DNA from: Limisphaerales bacterium
Lineage (GTDB): Bacteria; Verrucomicrobiota; Verrucomicrobiia; Limisphaerales; AAA164-E04
Direction: 5' to 3'
NCBI GenBank assembly: GCA_965227305.1
Contig: OZ245740.1
Span: 1,107,371 to 1,171,370, forward strand
Length of the DNA: 64,000 nucleotides
The notes below the pieces were generated by a model. The model was not told where the DNA came from and searched no databases. It saw only the letters and a program-made list of their open reading frames with translations. This document shows positions 18,595 through 27,507 of the stretch, one piece after another (positions within the stretch are counted from its first letter, which is position 1; each line of letters opens with the position of its first letter). A program made the position numbers and the translations under genes.

Positions 18595-19755
18595 CTAGCG
18601 AATTTCCAGGCGGAAGAAGCCTTGCGGTTGTCCCGTTTCTGCCTGGTAGCTCAGGGGGCCGGATTCTTCTGCCTGCCTCGTGGCGATGCGGGTCCACTCG
18701 GAGAGGTTGGTCGAGAATTGAATCTCATAATCGCGCCCTTCGATTCCTGGCCATTCAAAGTGGAGGCTCCCGTCGGGTTGGTGCCGGGGAGATAGCTGAA
18801 AGAGGGATGCAGGGTTCTGCGGATCGGTGCCGGGGATTTGTTCGTCGGCATCCGTCACGCCGTCGCCGTCGGAATCGTGGCTGAGCGACAAGCTGCGGAG
18901 GGCGCCATCGGGGGAATCGTTGACATAGATCGTGTTGCCATCGTTGCTGAAGGCGATGCTATTGGGGAGGGGGAATCCGGCGTCGAGGAGTGTGCCGTCA
19001 TTGCGTCGACTGCGAGGATTGCCGGCGAAATGGTGGATGGTGCCATTGCGGTCGATCCGGTAAATCCGGCGATCACTGGCAGGGGCGTAGACGAAGCCTT
19101 GGTGGTAGCCGATCTGGTTGACGTTGCCGCGGATATCCGCGAAGAGTTCCAGTTCTCCCGGACCGGTGCTGCGGTAGATTTGACCGGACTGCCAGTTGCC
19201 GACGTAGAGATTCTCGTCCTCATCCAGAGCGAGGCCGATCACATCCTGAAGCCCTTGACCGACGAGGTAATCGGACACGGCGCCCGAGCGGTCGATTTTG
19301 ACGACCCGGCTTCCGGTGCCACTAAAATTGGCGCCGAATTCCGATACGAAGATCTCGTCGTTGCCATTAACAACCAGGTGCGCGGGGCCGTTTAGCCCGG
19401 AGGCAACGACGGAGGCTTCTCCGTCGGGTGTGTATTTCACGACGTTGTTCTGGCGGTAGTTCACGACGATGAGATTGCCCTGCGAATCAAAGTCGATCCC
19501 GGTCGGGCTTCCGTGTCCCTGGGCGAAGATGCTCCGCTCGCCTTGCGGGGTGATGCGAATCACGGTTTCGATGCCACGGCCCGGGCAGCCGAAGATGTCT
19601 CCGTTCGGGCCCACGGCAATGGCGTCCCCAATGCCCGTTGAGGGACGGTGCAGGGTTTGGACCGGTTGGTCCGATGCGAGGAGGTTGCTACTGGCGAGCG
19701 TGAGGAGTGTGAGTCGTGCCAGGGTGAGTGAGATGGAGTTTTTGCCTGTATTCAT
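18595..19755 (-). CDS. Exported NHL/SMP-30-like beta-propeller protein with Asp-rich C-terminal module
   Basis: ORF 18595..19860, trimmed to ATG 19755 (MNTGKNSISLTLARLTLLTLASSNLLA). Repeated blade motifs: GIDFDSQGNLIVVNY, HLVVNGNDEIFVSEF, GLALDEDENLYVGNW, SIAFSNDGNTIYVND. C-terminus: DSDGDGVTDADEQIPGTDPQNPASLF..LHFEWPGIEGRDYEIQFSTNLSEW..GFFRLEIR. Confidence 0.75.
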   Translation of the reverse strand: MNTGKNSISLTLARLTLLTLASSNLLASDQPVQTLHRPSTGIGDAIAVGPNGDIFGCPGRGIETVIRITPQGERSIFAQGHGSPTGIDFDSQGNLIVVNYRQNNVVKYTPDGEASVVASGLNGPAHLVVNGNDEIFVSEFGANFSGTGSRVVKIDRSGAVSDYLVGQGLQDVIGLALDEDENLYVGNWQSGQIYRSTGPGELELFADIRGNVNQIGYHQGFVYAPASDRRIYRIDRNGTIHHFAGNPRSRRNDGTLLDAGFPLPNSIAFSNDGNTIYVNDSPDGALRSLSLSHDSDGDGVTDADEQIPGTDPQNPASLFQLSPRHQPDGSLHFEWPGIEGRDYEIQFSTNLSEWTRIATRQAEESGPLSYQAETGQPQGFFRLEIR

Positions 19756-19905
19756 AGTTCGATTGGTTCCGTGCGGTGGTCCCGTTCGCGCAGTCGAGCG
19801 AGAGCGGTCCGCATGGAGGCAAGTATCCACCGAAGGGCGGCAGGCGTCGTCCGACTTCATGAAGTCGGACCTTTTTCTGGAGTTCGGACCTTTGAAAGGG
19901 CGGTC

Positions 19906-21060
19906 CTAGGCGGCCTGGGGGCTCGGGGGGGAGGCTTTGGTGCTTGGGTGAGGGGTGGTTTTGAGGAATTTGGCGGGGGTCGCTCCGGTGTGTTTTTTGA
20001 ACGCGGCGTTGAAGGTGGATTTGGAGTTGAATCCGGCTTCTAGGGCGAGCGCCAGGATCGTCTCGTGGGCCAAGCGATCCGGGGTGGCCAATTGTTTGAA
20101 GGTGGCGACGCGGTGTTGGTTGACGAAGTCGAAGAAATTCATGCCGTGACATTCGTTGATGACCCGTGACAGGTCCCTGGCGGGAATGCCGAGCTGCTGC
20201 GCCAGATCGGAGAGAGAGAGTCGAGGCTGACGGTGGGGTTCTTGTTGATGCATCTGATCGGCGATTCGACTCGAGAGTTTTTCAAGATCCGTTGACGCGA
20301 GAGAGGAACCCTCGTATTTCTTGGGTTCGATTGAGAGTGCCAGGGAGTCGCGTTCGGCCATCGCAAAGTAGGCCAGTATGGCCGTCGTCAAAGCCATGAG
20401 GATCCAGGCGATATCGGGGCGGAGGAACTGGAAGGTGTCGACCGTGGGAAAAAGAAACACGAGTCCACTCAAGAACCAGGCTAGCCAGCAGGCTCCCATG
20501 GACAACAGAAATGCCGCGAGGTAGTGGAGAGCAGGCTGATCCGAGTGCTCTTTGGCGCCAGCCTCACGAAACTGGCGGAGGAGCCGGTAGCTGGCGATAA
20601 GGTAGCCGCCGATTTGCACGGTGGCGAAGACGATCACGAAGGGAGCCATGGGAAAGTCTTTTGTGGCGAGCCGAGCCAAGATGGCCGATTTGGATTCAAA
20701 GAAATAGCGTCCCAGATGGATCAGATGGAGTCCCAGGGGGAGGAAGTGACGCCAGCCGTAGCCGTCTTTCAGCGGTTTTCCGGTGAGGAGCGAGCGGGTG
20801 TAGAGGTAAATGAGGGGGCCGAACGCCATCAGGGGAAAATCGAGGAAGAAGACCAGATGAGGGTACTGTCGCACCAAGGCCCGGTCGTTCGCATTCATCA
20901 GGCTTCCCAATAAGACCAGCGAGATGAGAAGGATGAGAACGGATAGAATCCGGTTGGCCTCTCGGTTCGGGCCCCGGTTGCGGCTGATCGCGAGGACGAG
21001 CACGATGCCCTGGAGGCCGCCAAAGCACGTGACGAGTGAGAGGAGCGAGTATCCGTTCAT
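19906..21060 (-). CDS. AraC-family transcriptional regulator with N-terminal multi-pass membrane domain
   Basis: 384-aa ORF. The N-terminal ~230 aa hold several hydrophobic helices. C-terminal HTH_AraC: SLSDLAQQLGIPARDLSRVINECHGMNFFDFVNQHRVATFKQL..ILALALEAGFNSKSTFNAAFKKHTGATPAKF. Confidence 0.85.
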   Translation of the reverse strand: MNGYSLLSLVTCFGGLQGIVLVLAISRNRGPNREANRILSVLILLISLVLLGSLMNANDRALVRQYPHLVFFLDFPLMAFGPLIYLYTRSLLTGKPLKDGYGWRHFLPLGLHLIHLGRYFFESKSAILARLATKDFPMAPFVIVFATVQIGGYLIASYRLLRQFREAGAKEHSDQPALHYLAAFLLSMGACWLAWFLSGLVFLFPTVDTFQFLRPDIAWILMALTTAILAYFAMAERDSLALSIEPKKYEGSSLASTDLEKLSSRIADQMHQQEPHRQPRLSLSDLAQQLGIPARDLSRVINECHGMNFFDFVNQHRVATFKQLATPDRLAHETILALALEAGFNSKSTFNAAFKKHTGATPAKFLKTTPHPSTKASPPSPQAA

Positions 21061-21455
21061 GTTTTTTCGTGAGGTGGGCGCAATTCAGGCTTTGTGGCTA
21101 TCGTAGTGCCCGGTTTTTAGCAAGTTTGACGCCACCTCTGCGATAGCTGACCGGTTTATCAGGGAGAAAACGCTCCGACATTCTGTTGGACGAGCCATTG
21201 GACTTCCTATGCTCGGGTTTGCACGAAACAGCCTTGTTTGGTGCTTTTTGACTAACAGTGGCGTCAATCGATCTGAGAGATAGGATCGATTTGAAATGGC
21301 GGCTCAGATTGTTGAACGGGGGGCTTGGCGGAGGGGAGCGTGCGTAGTACAAAGCCGGGTCGCCATTGCCAAAGGAGCTTCGGGGGGGCCTCAAGCGTAA
21401 CTCTAGTGGCGTTGGCGTGGTCTAGAAAGCAACGGCGTTAGTGTTGATGAGCGGT

Positions 21456-21477
21456 GCTCCATGAATGGAGCGGTTCC
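21456..21477 (+). repeat. Variant UGAA-tetraloop hairpin (family-1-like) in the SulP 5' leader
   Basis: gctcca-TGAA-tggagc followed by ggttcc. It has the same architecture as the GGAC-TGAA-GTCC + GTTAC copies but a different stem, and is nested in an outer pairing gagcgg..ccgctc. This is the weakest member of the family. Confidence 0.4.
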
Positions 21478-21557
21478 CGCTCCGTGGCTAACTTGCCTTA
21501 CGATTGGATGGTTTTGGAGAGACGGAAGGTGTCCCGGCGGCGCCAAGGAAGACGATC

Positions 21558-23801
21558 ATGAGTTCAGAGACAAACGGAAACGGCAGTTATTGGAAATTAT
21601 TTCCCCGAGATCTTTCCTCGGGTGTCGTGGTGTTCTTGGTGGCCTTGCCCCTCTGTTTGGGGATCGCCGTAGCGTCCAATGCCCCGCCGCTGTCCGGTCT
21701 CATCGCCGGCGTGGTTGGTGGTTTGTTGATTGCGTGGTTGAGCGGATCGCACACCAGTGTCAGTGGACCCGCAGCGGGACTGACCGCGGTGGTGATTGCT
21801 CAGATCGAGAATTTGGGAAGTTTTGAAGCTTTCCTGGTTGCGATCATGATCGGAGGGGCTCTCCAAATCATCTTGGGGCTGCTCAAGGCCGGGTCGTTGG
21901 CGGCTTTCTTTCCGTCCAGCGTGATCAAGGGATTGCTGGCGGCGATCGGAATCATTCTCATTCTCAAACAGTTCCCTCACTTGTTCGGACATGACCCAGA
22001 CGCGATGGGAGAAATGGGATTCGTGCAGCCGGACGGAGAAAACACGTTTACGGAGATCATGGCCACCATGGCTGATATCCACCCGGGTGCCTTAATGGTG
22101 GGGATGGCTTCGCTGGTGCTGCTGCTGATTTGGGATAAGACTCCGTTGAAGCGCACCGGGGTGCCGGCTCCGCTGGCCGTAGTTGTCTTTGGGATTCTTT
22201 TGGCGGAAGCGTTGCGGATGATCGCCGGGCCTGACGCCGGCGAGAATGATCGTTTGATGATCGGTTTGAGTCATTTGGTCCAAGTTCCGGTAACGGACAG
22301 CCTGGGATCCTTGTTTGATGCCCTTCCACGCCCGGATTGGTCAGTGGTCTCCGCCCCGGCGGTCTACGTCGCCGGCGTGACCATTGCAATCGTCGCGAGT
22401 CTGGAAACGCTGCTCAATCTTGAGGCGGTGGATAATCTGGATCGGAAGAAACGGGTGTCGCCACCCAACCGTGAGCTGCTTGCGCAGGGGGTTGGAAATA
22501 TGACCTCCGGATTTCTTGGTGGACTGCCTGTAACTTCGGTGATTGTCCGAAGCTCGGTCAATGTCAGTTCGGGATCGGAGACTCGGGTTTCGTGCTTTAT
22601 TCATGGTGTTTTCCTGGCGCTTTTGGTGGCGTTTTTTCCCGGGATTTTGAATCGAATCCCGCTGTCGTGTTTGGCAGCCATCCTGATGGTGACGGGGTTC
22701 AAGCTGGCTAGCCCGGCCAACTTCAAACGGATGTGGAAAGAGGGTATGAACCAGTTTCTGCCTTTCGTTGTGACCATTCTGGCGATCATCGTTACCGATC
22801 TGTTGGTGGGTATCCTGATCGGGATGGTGGTGTCGATCGGCTTTATCTTGCGCAGCAATCTCTCGCGGCCGTTGCGTCGGATCATGGAAAAGCATGCCGG
22901 GAGTGAAGTCCTACGAATCGAATTGGCCAACCAGGTGACGTTCCTGAGCCGGGCCACGCTGTCTTCGACCCTGCGCGATGTGCCTCGCGGGGGGCACGTG
23001 GTCATCGATGCTCGGAATACCGACTACATCGATTCGGATATTTTAGATCTCTTGGGCGACTTCGAACGCGAGATCGCGCCGGCAAACGGGCTGAAACTGA
23101 GTATGGTCGGTTTCAAGGACCGATACCGCATCGAGGATCGCATTCAGTATGTCGATGTTTCGACCCGGGATGTGCAGGCAAAGGTCACCCCGGAGCAAGT
23201 GGTGGAGCTGCTCAAGGACGGGAACGAGCGTTTTCTGAATGGTGACCAACTGACCCGAGATCCCCGCCGGGATATTGAAAAGACGTCCGATGGCCAATTC
23301 CCGTTGGCAGTGGTGCTAGCCTGCATGGACTCGCGTATTGCTACGGAAACGGTGTTCGATCTGGGAATTGGCGATATCATTAGCGTGCGCGTGGCGGGTA
23401 ATGTTGCCGCTGAGAAAGAGTTGGGGAGCATCGAATACGGCTGTGCCGTTGCCGGTGCCAAAGTGTTGATCGTGATGGGCCATACCCGGAGTGAGGTGGT
23501 CAACGCGACGATCGATTTGATAGCGGATGGGAAAAATCCCCGAGAAGCCACGGGGTGTGATCATATCGAAGCGATTACTTCATCAATTACGCGTGCGATC
23601 ACCAGTGAAACTTCGACGACAAGTGATCGACGGTCTTCCAACGAGGCCTTTGGTGAAGCTGTTACCCAGCTCAACGTGCTTCAGACCATTCGAGATATTC
23701 AGGAACAGAGCGCCACAATCAAAGGCTTAGTTGACTCTGGCAAGATGAAGATTGTCGGCGCGATATACGACGTCCGAACGGGGAAAGTTCGCTTTCTTTA
23801 G
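21558..23801 (+). CDS. SulP-family anion transporter - STAS - beta-carbonic-anhydrase-like fusion protein
   Basis: ORF 21504..23801, trimmed to ATG 21558 (preceded by aaggaag). SulP membrane core: GVVVFLVALPLCLGIAVASNAPPLSGLIAGVVGG..LAQGVGNMTSGFLGGLPVTSVIVRSSVN. STAS-like region: VLRIELANQVTFLSRATL. C-terminal beta-CA motifs: CMDSR, GDIISVRVAGN, SIEYG. The HxxC motif reads HTRS (see findings). Confidence 0.85.
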   Translation: MSSETNGNGSYWKLFPRDLSSGVVVFLVALPLCLGIAVASNAPPLSGLIAGVVGGLLIAWLSGSHTSVSGPAAGLTAVVIAQIENLGSFEAFLVAIMIGGALQIILGLLKAGSLAAFFPSSVIKGLLAAIGIILILKQFPHLFGHDPDAMGEMGFVQPDGENTFTEIMATMADIHPGALMVGMASLVLLLIWDKTPLKRTGVPAPLAVVVFGILLAEALRMIAGPDAGENDRLMIGLSHLVQVPVTDSLGSLFDALPRPDWSVVSAPAVYVAGVTIAIVASLETLLNLEAVDNLDRKKRVSPPNRELLAQGVGNMTSGFLGGLPVTSVIVRSSVNVSSGSETRVSCFIHGVFLALLVAFFPGILNRIPLSCLAAILMVTGFKLASPANFKRMWKEGMNQFLPFVVTILAIIVTDLLVGILIGMVVSIGFILRSNLSRPLRRIMEKHAGSEVLRIELANQVTFLSRATLSSTLRDVPRGGHVVIDARNTDYIDSDILDLLGDFEREIAPANGLKLSMVGFKDRYRIEDRIQYVDVSTRDVQAKVTPEQVVELLKDGNERFLNGDQLTRDPRRDIEKTSDGQFPLAVVLACMDSRIATETVFDLGIGDIISVRVAGNVAAEKELGSIEYGCAVAGAKVLIVMGHTRSEVVNATIDLIADGKNPREATGCDHIEAITSSITRAITSETSTTSDRRSSNEAFGEAVTQLNVLQTIRDIQEQSATIKGLVDSGKMKIVGAIYDVRTGKVRFL

Positions 23802-23968
23802 GCGTTAATTGCGCGGCCAATTTGCAACCCAACCTCTCCCGACTGCGCCGGCGGGGGGGAGTTTGAAGCTGTCCGAGGGGGCGGCCGCCTCTCGGACATT
23901 CCGATCGGATTCTTGCCAATAAGGGCTTCTGGGTTCATGTTTGGTACAGTTGTTGCCTTGGTAATCCT

Positions 23969-25297
23969 ATGAATCGAATGAAACGGCGCATCCTTTACTC
24001 TTCCATCTCGCTCGTACTCGGCCTGAATTTGCTGTTTGGCGTCCTGATCTACCGCTATTCGGCGGAAGCCGCCACGGCGGATGATCTCTACGAAAACTTA
24101 GAGCTTTTTAGCCGCGTGCTGGAGCGGGTGCGTTCGGATTACGTCGATGGCGACGGTCTTTCTTACAGCACGCTGATCCGAAGTGCCCTGACCGGGATGC
24201 TGGGTTCTCTGGACCCTCACAGCGAGTTCATGGTGCCGGTCAAATTTGATGAGCTCAGGAAGGATACGGAAGGCGCGTTCGGTGGCGTCGGAATCGTGGT
24301 GGGGCTACGGGACGGCTATCTCACCGTGATCGCGCCAATGGCGGATACGCCCGCGTATCGAGCCGGAGTGCTCTCCGGGGATCGGATTGTGAAGATCGAG
24401 GGGCGCAATTCCGAGTCGGTCACTCTCGCCGATGCCGTCGAACGCCTGCGTGGCGAACCCGGAACTGAGGTCACGATCACCGTTGCTCGGAAATCGAGCG
24501 AGGAAACGCTCGATTTCACCTTAGAACGGGCCGTCATCAAGGTGCAAACCGTGAAAGACAGTGAAGGGGGCACCGATTTTGAGTTGGGCGAGGATGGGGT
24601 TGGTTACATTTGGATTACTCAGTTTGGTGAGAAGACGAGTGCTGATTTGCAACGAGCGCTCGATAAATTGACCGCTCAATCGATGAAATCTCTCATTCTG
24701 GACCTGCGCGACAATCCCGGTGGTTTGTTGGACCAGGCGGTGGGGGTGAGTGAGAAGTTTTTGGAAGCTGGGCAGATGGTGGTCTACACGCAAGGGAGGC
24801 GCCGGCAAATGCGTTCCGAGCGATATGCGCGCTCCAAGAATCCGATCTTGGACCTGCCGATGGTCGTGTTGGTGAATAATGGAAGCGCCAGTGCCTCGGA
24901 AATTGTCTCGGGTTGTTTGCAGGATGTCCAGCGGGCTGTGATTGTGGGGGAACAGACCTTTGGGAAGGGTTCCGTGCAGAGCATTCTGCCACTTCCCGAC
25001 GGTTCGGCGTTGCGGCTCACGACGGCCAAGTATTATACCCCGAGTGAAAAGACGATTCACGATGTCGGGATTGCTCCGGATATCAAAGTATCGATCTCGG
25101 ATGAGGATAAGCAGGCGCTTTACTTGCAGAAAGTGCCTGGAGGGGTGGATGCATTGACTCATCTAACGGAGGAGCAGCGCGAAAAGGTGCGTAACACCCG
25201 TGATATTCAGCTGGAACGAGCTCGGGATATCTTGAAGGGGATCCGTTTGTTCTCGGAGCGTTCGGAGCCGCGTCTCCAGGAGGTTGCCCGCAAGTAG
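23969..25297 (+). CDS. ctpA: C-terminal processing peptidase, family S41 (Ctp/Prc-like) with PDZ domain
   Basis: 442-aa ORF. PDZ segment: GGVGIVVGLRDGYLTVIAPMADTPAYRAGVLSGDRIVKIEG. S41 blocks: LILDLRDNPGGLL, VVLVNNGSASASEIVSG (Ser nucleophile), GEQTFGKGSVQ (Lys). Confidence 0.9.
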   Translation: MNRMKRRILYSSISLVLGLNLLFGVLIYRYSAEAATADDLYENLELFSRVLERVRSDYVDGDGLSYSTLIRSALTGMLGSLDPHSEFMVPVKFDELRKDTEGAFGGVGIVVGLRDGYLTVIAPMADTPAYRAGVLSGDRIVKIEGRNSESVTLADAVERLRGEPGTEVTITVARKSSEETLDFTLERAVIKVQTVKDSEGGTDFELGEDGVGYIWITQFGEKTSADLQRALDKLTAQSMKSLILDLRDNPGGLLDQAVGVSEKFLEAGQMVVYTQGRRRQMRSERYARSKNPILDLPMVVLVNNGSASASEIVSGCLQDVQRAVIVGEQTFGKGSVQSILPLPDGSALRLTTAKYYTPSEKTIHDVGIAPDIKVSISDEDKQALYLQKVPGGVDALTHLTEEQREKVRNTRDIQLERARDILKGIRLFSERSEPRLQEVARK

Positions 25298-25320
25298 GGA
25301 CGGCTCCGGAAAATCGGTCC

Positions 25321-26379
25321 ATGACGATTCTGGCCTTCGAAAGTAGCTGCGACGAAACCAGTGTCGCCGTGGTGCGGGGCGGTGCCGTGGTGACCAATGT
25401 CGTTGCTTCTCAAGTCAGCCTTCATACCGAGTACGGAGGTGTGGTTCCGGAACTGGCCGCCCGGCAACACTTGGCGAATATTCGCTATGTCACCCAGGAA
25501 GCGTTGGCTCAGGCCGAATTGAAGCCGACTGAAATTGATGGCGTTGCAGCAACCCGCGGGCCGGGTCTACCACCTGCCTTGATGATTGGCTTTCGGGCCG
25601 GACAAGGGTTTGCCTTCGCACTTGAGAAGCCGTTTTGGGGACTCCACCATCATGAGGCGCACTTGTATTCGCCCTGGATCGAGATCGAGAAGGGCGAGCC
25701 CTATCCACGGGCCAACTGGGACGGGTTTGAGCCCAACGTGTCCCTAATCGTGAGTGGAGGGCACACATTGTTAGTCGACGTGGCAGGCTGTCTCCAGCAT
25801 CGTATCCTTGGCGGGACAATCGATGATGCCGCCGGGGAGTGTTTCGATAAGGTGGCCAAGATGATTGGTTTGCCCTACCCGGGAGGCCCCGAGCTGGATC
25901 GGCTCGCGTCTGAGGGCAATCCGAAGGCGTATGAGTTTCCGCGCCCCTTGCTAAAAGATCCGAGTGACGATTTTAGCTTCAGTGGTTTGAAGACCTCAGT
26001 ACGTTATTTCATTGAGAAACGTCCCGAAGTGTTGGACGGAGTGGCATCGATTCGTGATCTTTGCGCCAGCGTGCAAGCGGCGATCGTCGAAGTGCTCGTG
26101 ACGAAGACCGTGCGGGCGGCCGATCGGTTGGGCTACCGGATGGTGACCGCGTCCGGTGGGGTGACCTGCAATCGAGGTTTGCGATCAGCGTTGGCGGACG
26201 CTTGCGAGGCTCGGCAACTGAGTCTGCGGCTGGCGAATCCATCCTTTTGCACGGACAATGCGGGAATGGTTGGAATCTTGGCTGAGCGTTATGCCATGAG
26301 CGATCGGATGGAGCCGGTCGGGGATGAGGACATCCGAGCGGGGTGGGCTCTTCGTTCACTCGATGCTGAAGCGGTTTAG
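25321..26379 (+). CDS. tsaD: tRNA N6-adenosine threonylcarbamoyltransferase TsaD (Kae1/Gcp family)
   Basis: 352-aa ORF starting MTILAFESSCDETSVAVV. Other blocks: HLANIRYV..GVAATRGPGLPPALMIG..HHHEAHL..VSGGHT, FDKVAKMIGLPYPGGPELD, GGVTCNRGLR. It starts 23 nt after ctpA, so probably the same operon. Confidence 0.92.
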   Translation: MTILAFESSCDETSVAVVRGGAVVTNVVASQVSLHTEYGGVVPELAARQHLANIRYVTQEALAQAELKPTEIDGVAATRGPGLPPALMIGFRAGQGFAFALEKPFWGLHHHEAHLYSPWIEIEKGEPYPRANWDGFEPNVSLIVSGGHTLLVDVAGCLQHRILGGTIDDAAGECFDKVAKMIGLPYPGGPELDRLASEGNPKAYEFPRPLLKDPSDDFSFSGLKTSVRYFIEKRPEVLDGVASIRDLCASVQAAIVEVLVTKTVRAADRLGYRMVTASGGVTCNRGLRSALADACEARQLSLRLANPSFCTDNAGMVGILAERYAMSDRMEPVGDEDIRAGWALRSLDAEAV

Positions 26380-26402
26380 TCATTCGTGATTCCGTGGGAA
26401 CC

Positions 26403-26440
26403 GGAAGCGGGGGGTCGACACGCTTCGCTCGTTTTTTTTT
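26403..26440 (+). terminator. Candidate intrinsic terminator after tsaD
   Basis: Stem gaagcg/cgcttc (6 bp, 11-nt loop), then gctcg and a run of nine T (26432-26440). The stem is short and the T-run is offset by 5 nt, hence the low confidence. Confidence 0.4.
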
Positions 26441-26478
26441 GAACTTTTTCGCTCCGCCGTTCGACTGGTCCGTGAACG

Positions 26479-27027
26479 ATGGAAAAAACGAAGGAGCAAA
26501 TCGAAACTGAGCTCCTGGCATTGCGAGCTTCTGGCGGCGATGCCGATGCCTTGGATGCGTTGCTCCGCCGGTGGCAAGAACCGCTTTGGCGTTATCTGCG
26601 GAGTCTCTGTGGGGATGATCAGTCTGCCTGGGATTTGTTGCAGGAGACCTGCCTTTCTATCGCCAAATCCATTCCCCGGCTCAAGCAGCGAGAGTCGTTC
26701 GCAGCGATGGCTTACCGGATTGCTCACCGCCGCTATGTGGACTTCGTAAGGTTGGCCTCTCGTCAGAGAGAGTTGTCACGGAAAGCCTCCGAGCAATCGG
26801 AAGCGCTGAAAAGCACCGAACCCGAACCCAGAGAGGGGCAACAGATTCGGGATGCTGTGGCGCAACTCAACGAGTCCGATCGGACCCTCATCACCATGGT
26901 CTACGTGGAAGGGTTTTCCTACGAAGAGATTGCTGGTCTCCTGCAGGTGCCCTTAGGCACGGTCAAATCCCGAGTGCACCACGCCAAAGCCCGAATCAGA
27001 GACATCATCGAGAGGGACGTGTTATGA
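26479..27027 (+). CDS. ECF-type RNA polymerase sigma-70 family factor
   Basis: 182-aa ORF. Region 2-like: LLRRWQEPLWRYLRSLCGDDQSAWDLLQETCLSI. Region 4 HTH: LITMVYVEGFSYEEIAGLLQVPLGTVKSRVHHAKARI. Confidence 0.9.
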   Translation: MEKTKEQIETELLALRASGGDADALDALLRRWQEPLWRYLRSLCGDDQSAWDLLQETCLSIAKSIPRLKQRESFAAMAYRIAHRRYVDFVRLASRQRELSRKASEQSEALKSTEPEPREGQQIRDAVAQLNESDRTLITMVYVEGFSYEEIAGLLQVPLGTVKSRVHHAKARIRDIIERDVL

Positions 27028-27395
27028 ACGATCTGGATGCCAAGCTAAAGGATGCGCTGCAGATTGAGTCACCGCTCTCCGCGCAGAAATTCGAACGAAT
27101 CAGAAAGGAAACACGAGCTATGTACGAACAAGAGAAGAAAGTGAACCAACGTTGGACGTTTGGGCTGACGATTGCGGGATTTGTCGCAGCGGCCCTTTGG
27201 GGGTGGTTGTTTTGGCATTCGGAGACGACCAAGTATCAAATCCTTTGGGCGGGTTTGTTGATTGGTGAAGGTTTGGGCATTTCATTGGTCTACCTGGGAC
27301 ATCTGATCACGGAGCATAGCCTAAGCGATCGACAAGCCCACCGCGAATTGGAGTTGCAACTCGCCGAGCTTCGCGAGCGACTTGGGGCTGACTAG
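27024..27395 (+). CDS. Putative membrane anti-sigma factor / ECF-coupled membrane protein
   Basis: 123-aa ORF whose ATG overlaps the sigma gene stop (ATGA). Two hydrophobic helices: WTFGLTIAGFVAAALWGWLFW and ILWAGLLIGEGLGISLVYLGHLI. The function is inferred from position only. Confidence 0.5.
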   Translation: MNDLDAKLKDALQIESPLSAQKFERIRKETRAMYEQEKKVNQRWTFGLTIAGFVAAALWGWLFWHSETTKYQILWAGLLIGEGLGISLVYLGHLITEHSLSDRQAHRELELQLAELRERLGAD

Positions 27396-27445
27396 CCCCC
27401 GTAAGGTGGTGTTGAAGCGGAGAGTTCCAAGCCTACAAATAGCAA

Positions 27446-27477
27446 AACGTCCCGGTTATTGGCATCACCGGGGCGTT
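27446..27477. terminator. Candidate bidirectional intrinsic terminator between convergent genes
   Basis: aacgtcccgg / ccggggcgtt form a 10-bp stem with one G-U (plus-strand RNA) or C-A (minus-strand RNA) position and a 12-nt loop. On the minus-strand RNA a T-rich tail follows (ttttgctattt). On the plus-strand RNA the tail is weaker (tttgatt). Confidence 0.4.
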
Positions 27478-27507
27478 TGATTCGCGGACGGTCCGTTCAG
27501 GATTTTT

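Noticed and set aside
21395-21557. Possible riboswitch in the 5' leader of the SulP-beta-CA gene.
   Set aside because: I could not match the leader to any riboswitch consensus I know. Its main structure is the family-1-like UGAA hairpin, so it is better explained as a repeat copy.
23802-23968. Terminator after the SulP-CA gene (tccgagggggcggccgcctctcgga).
   Set aside because: It is an imperfect GC-rich palindrome with a bulge and no T-tract. The evidence is insufficient.
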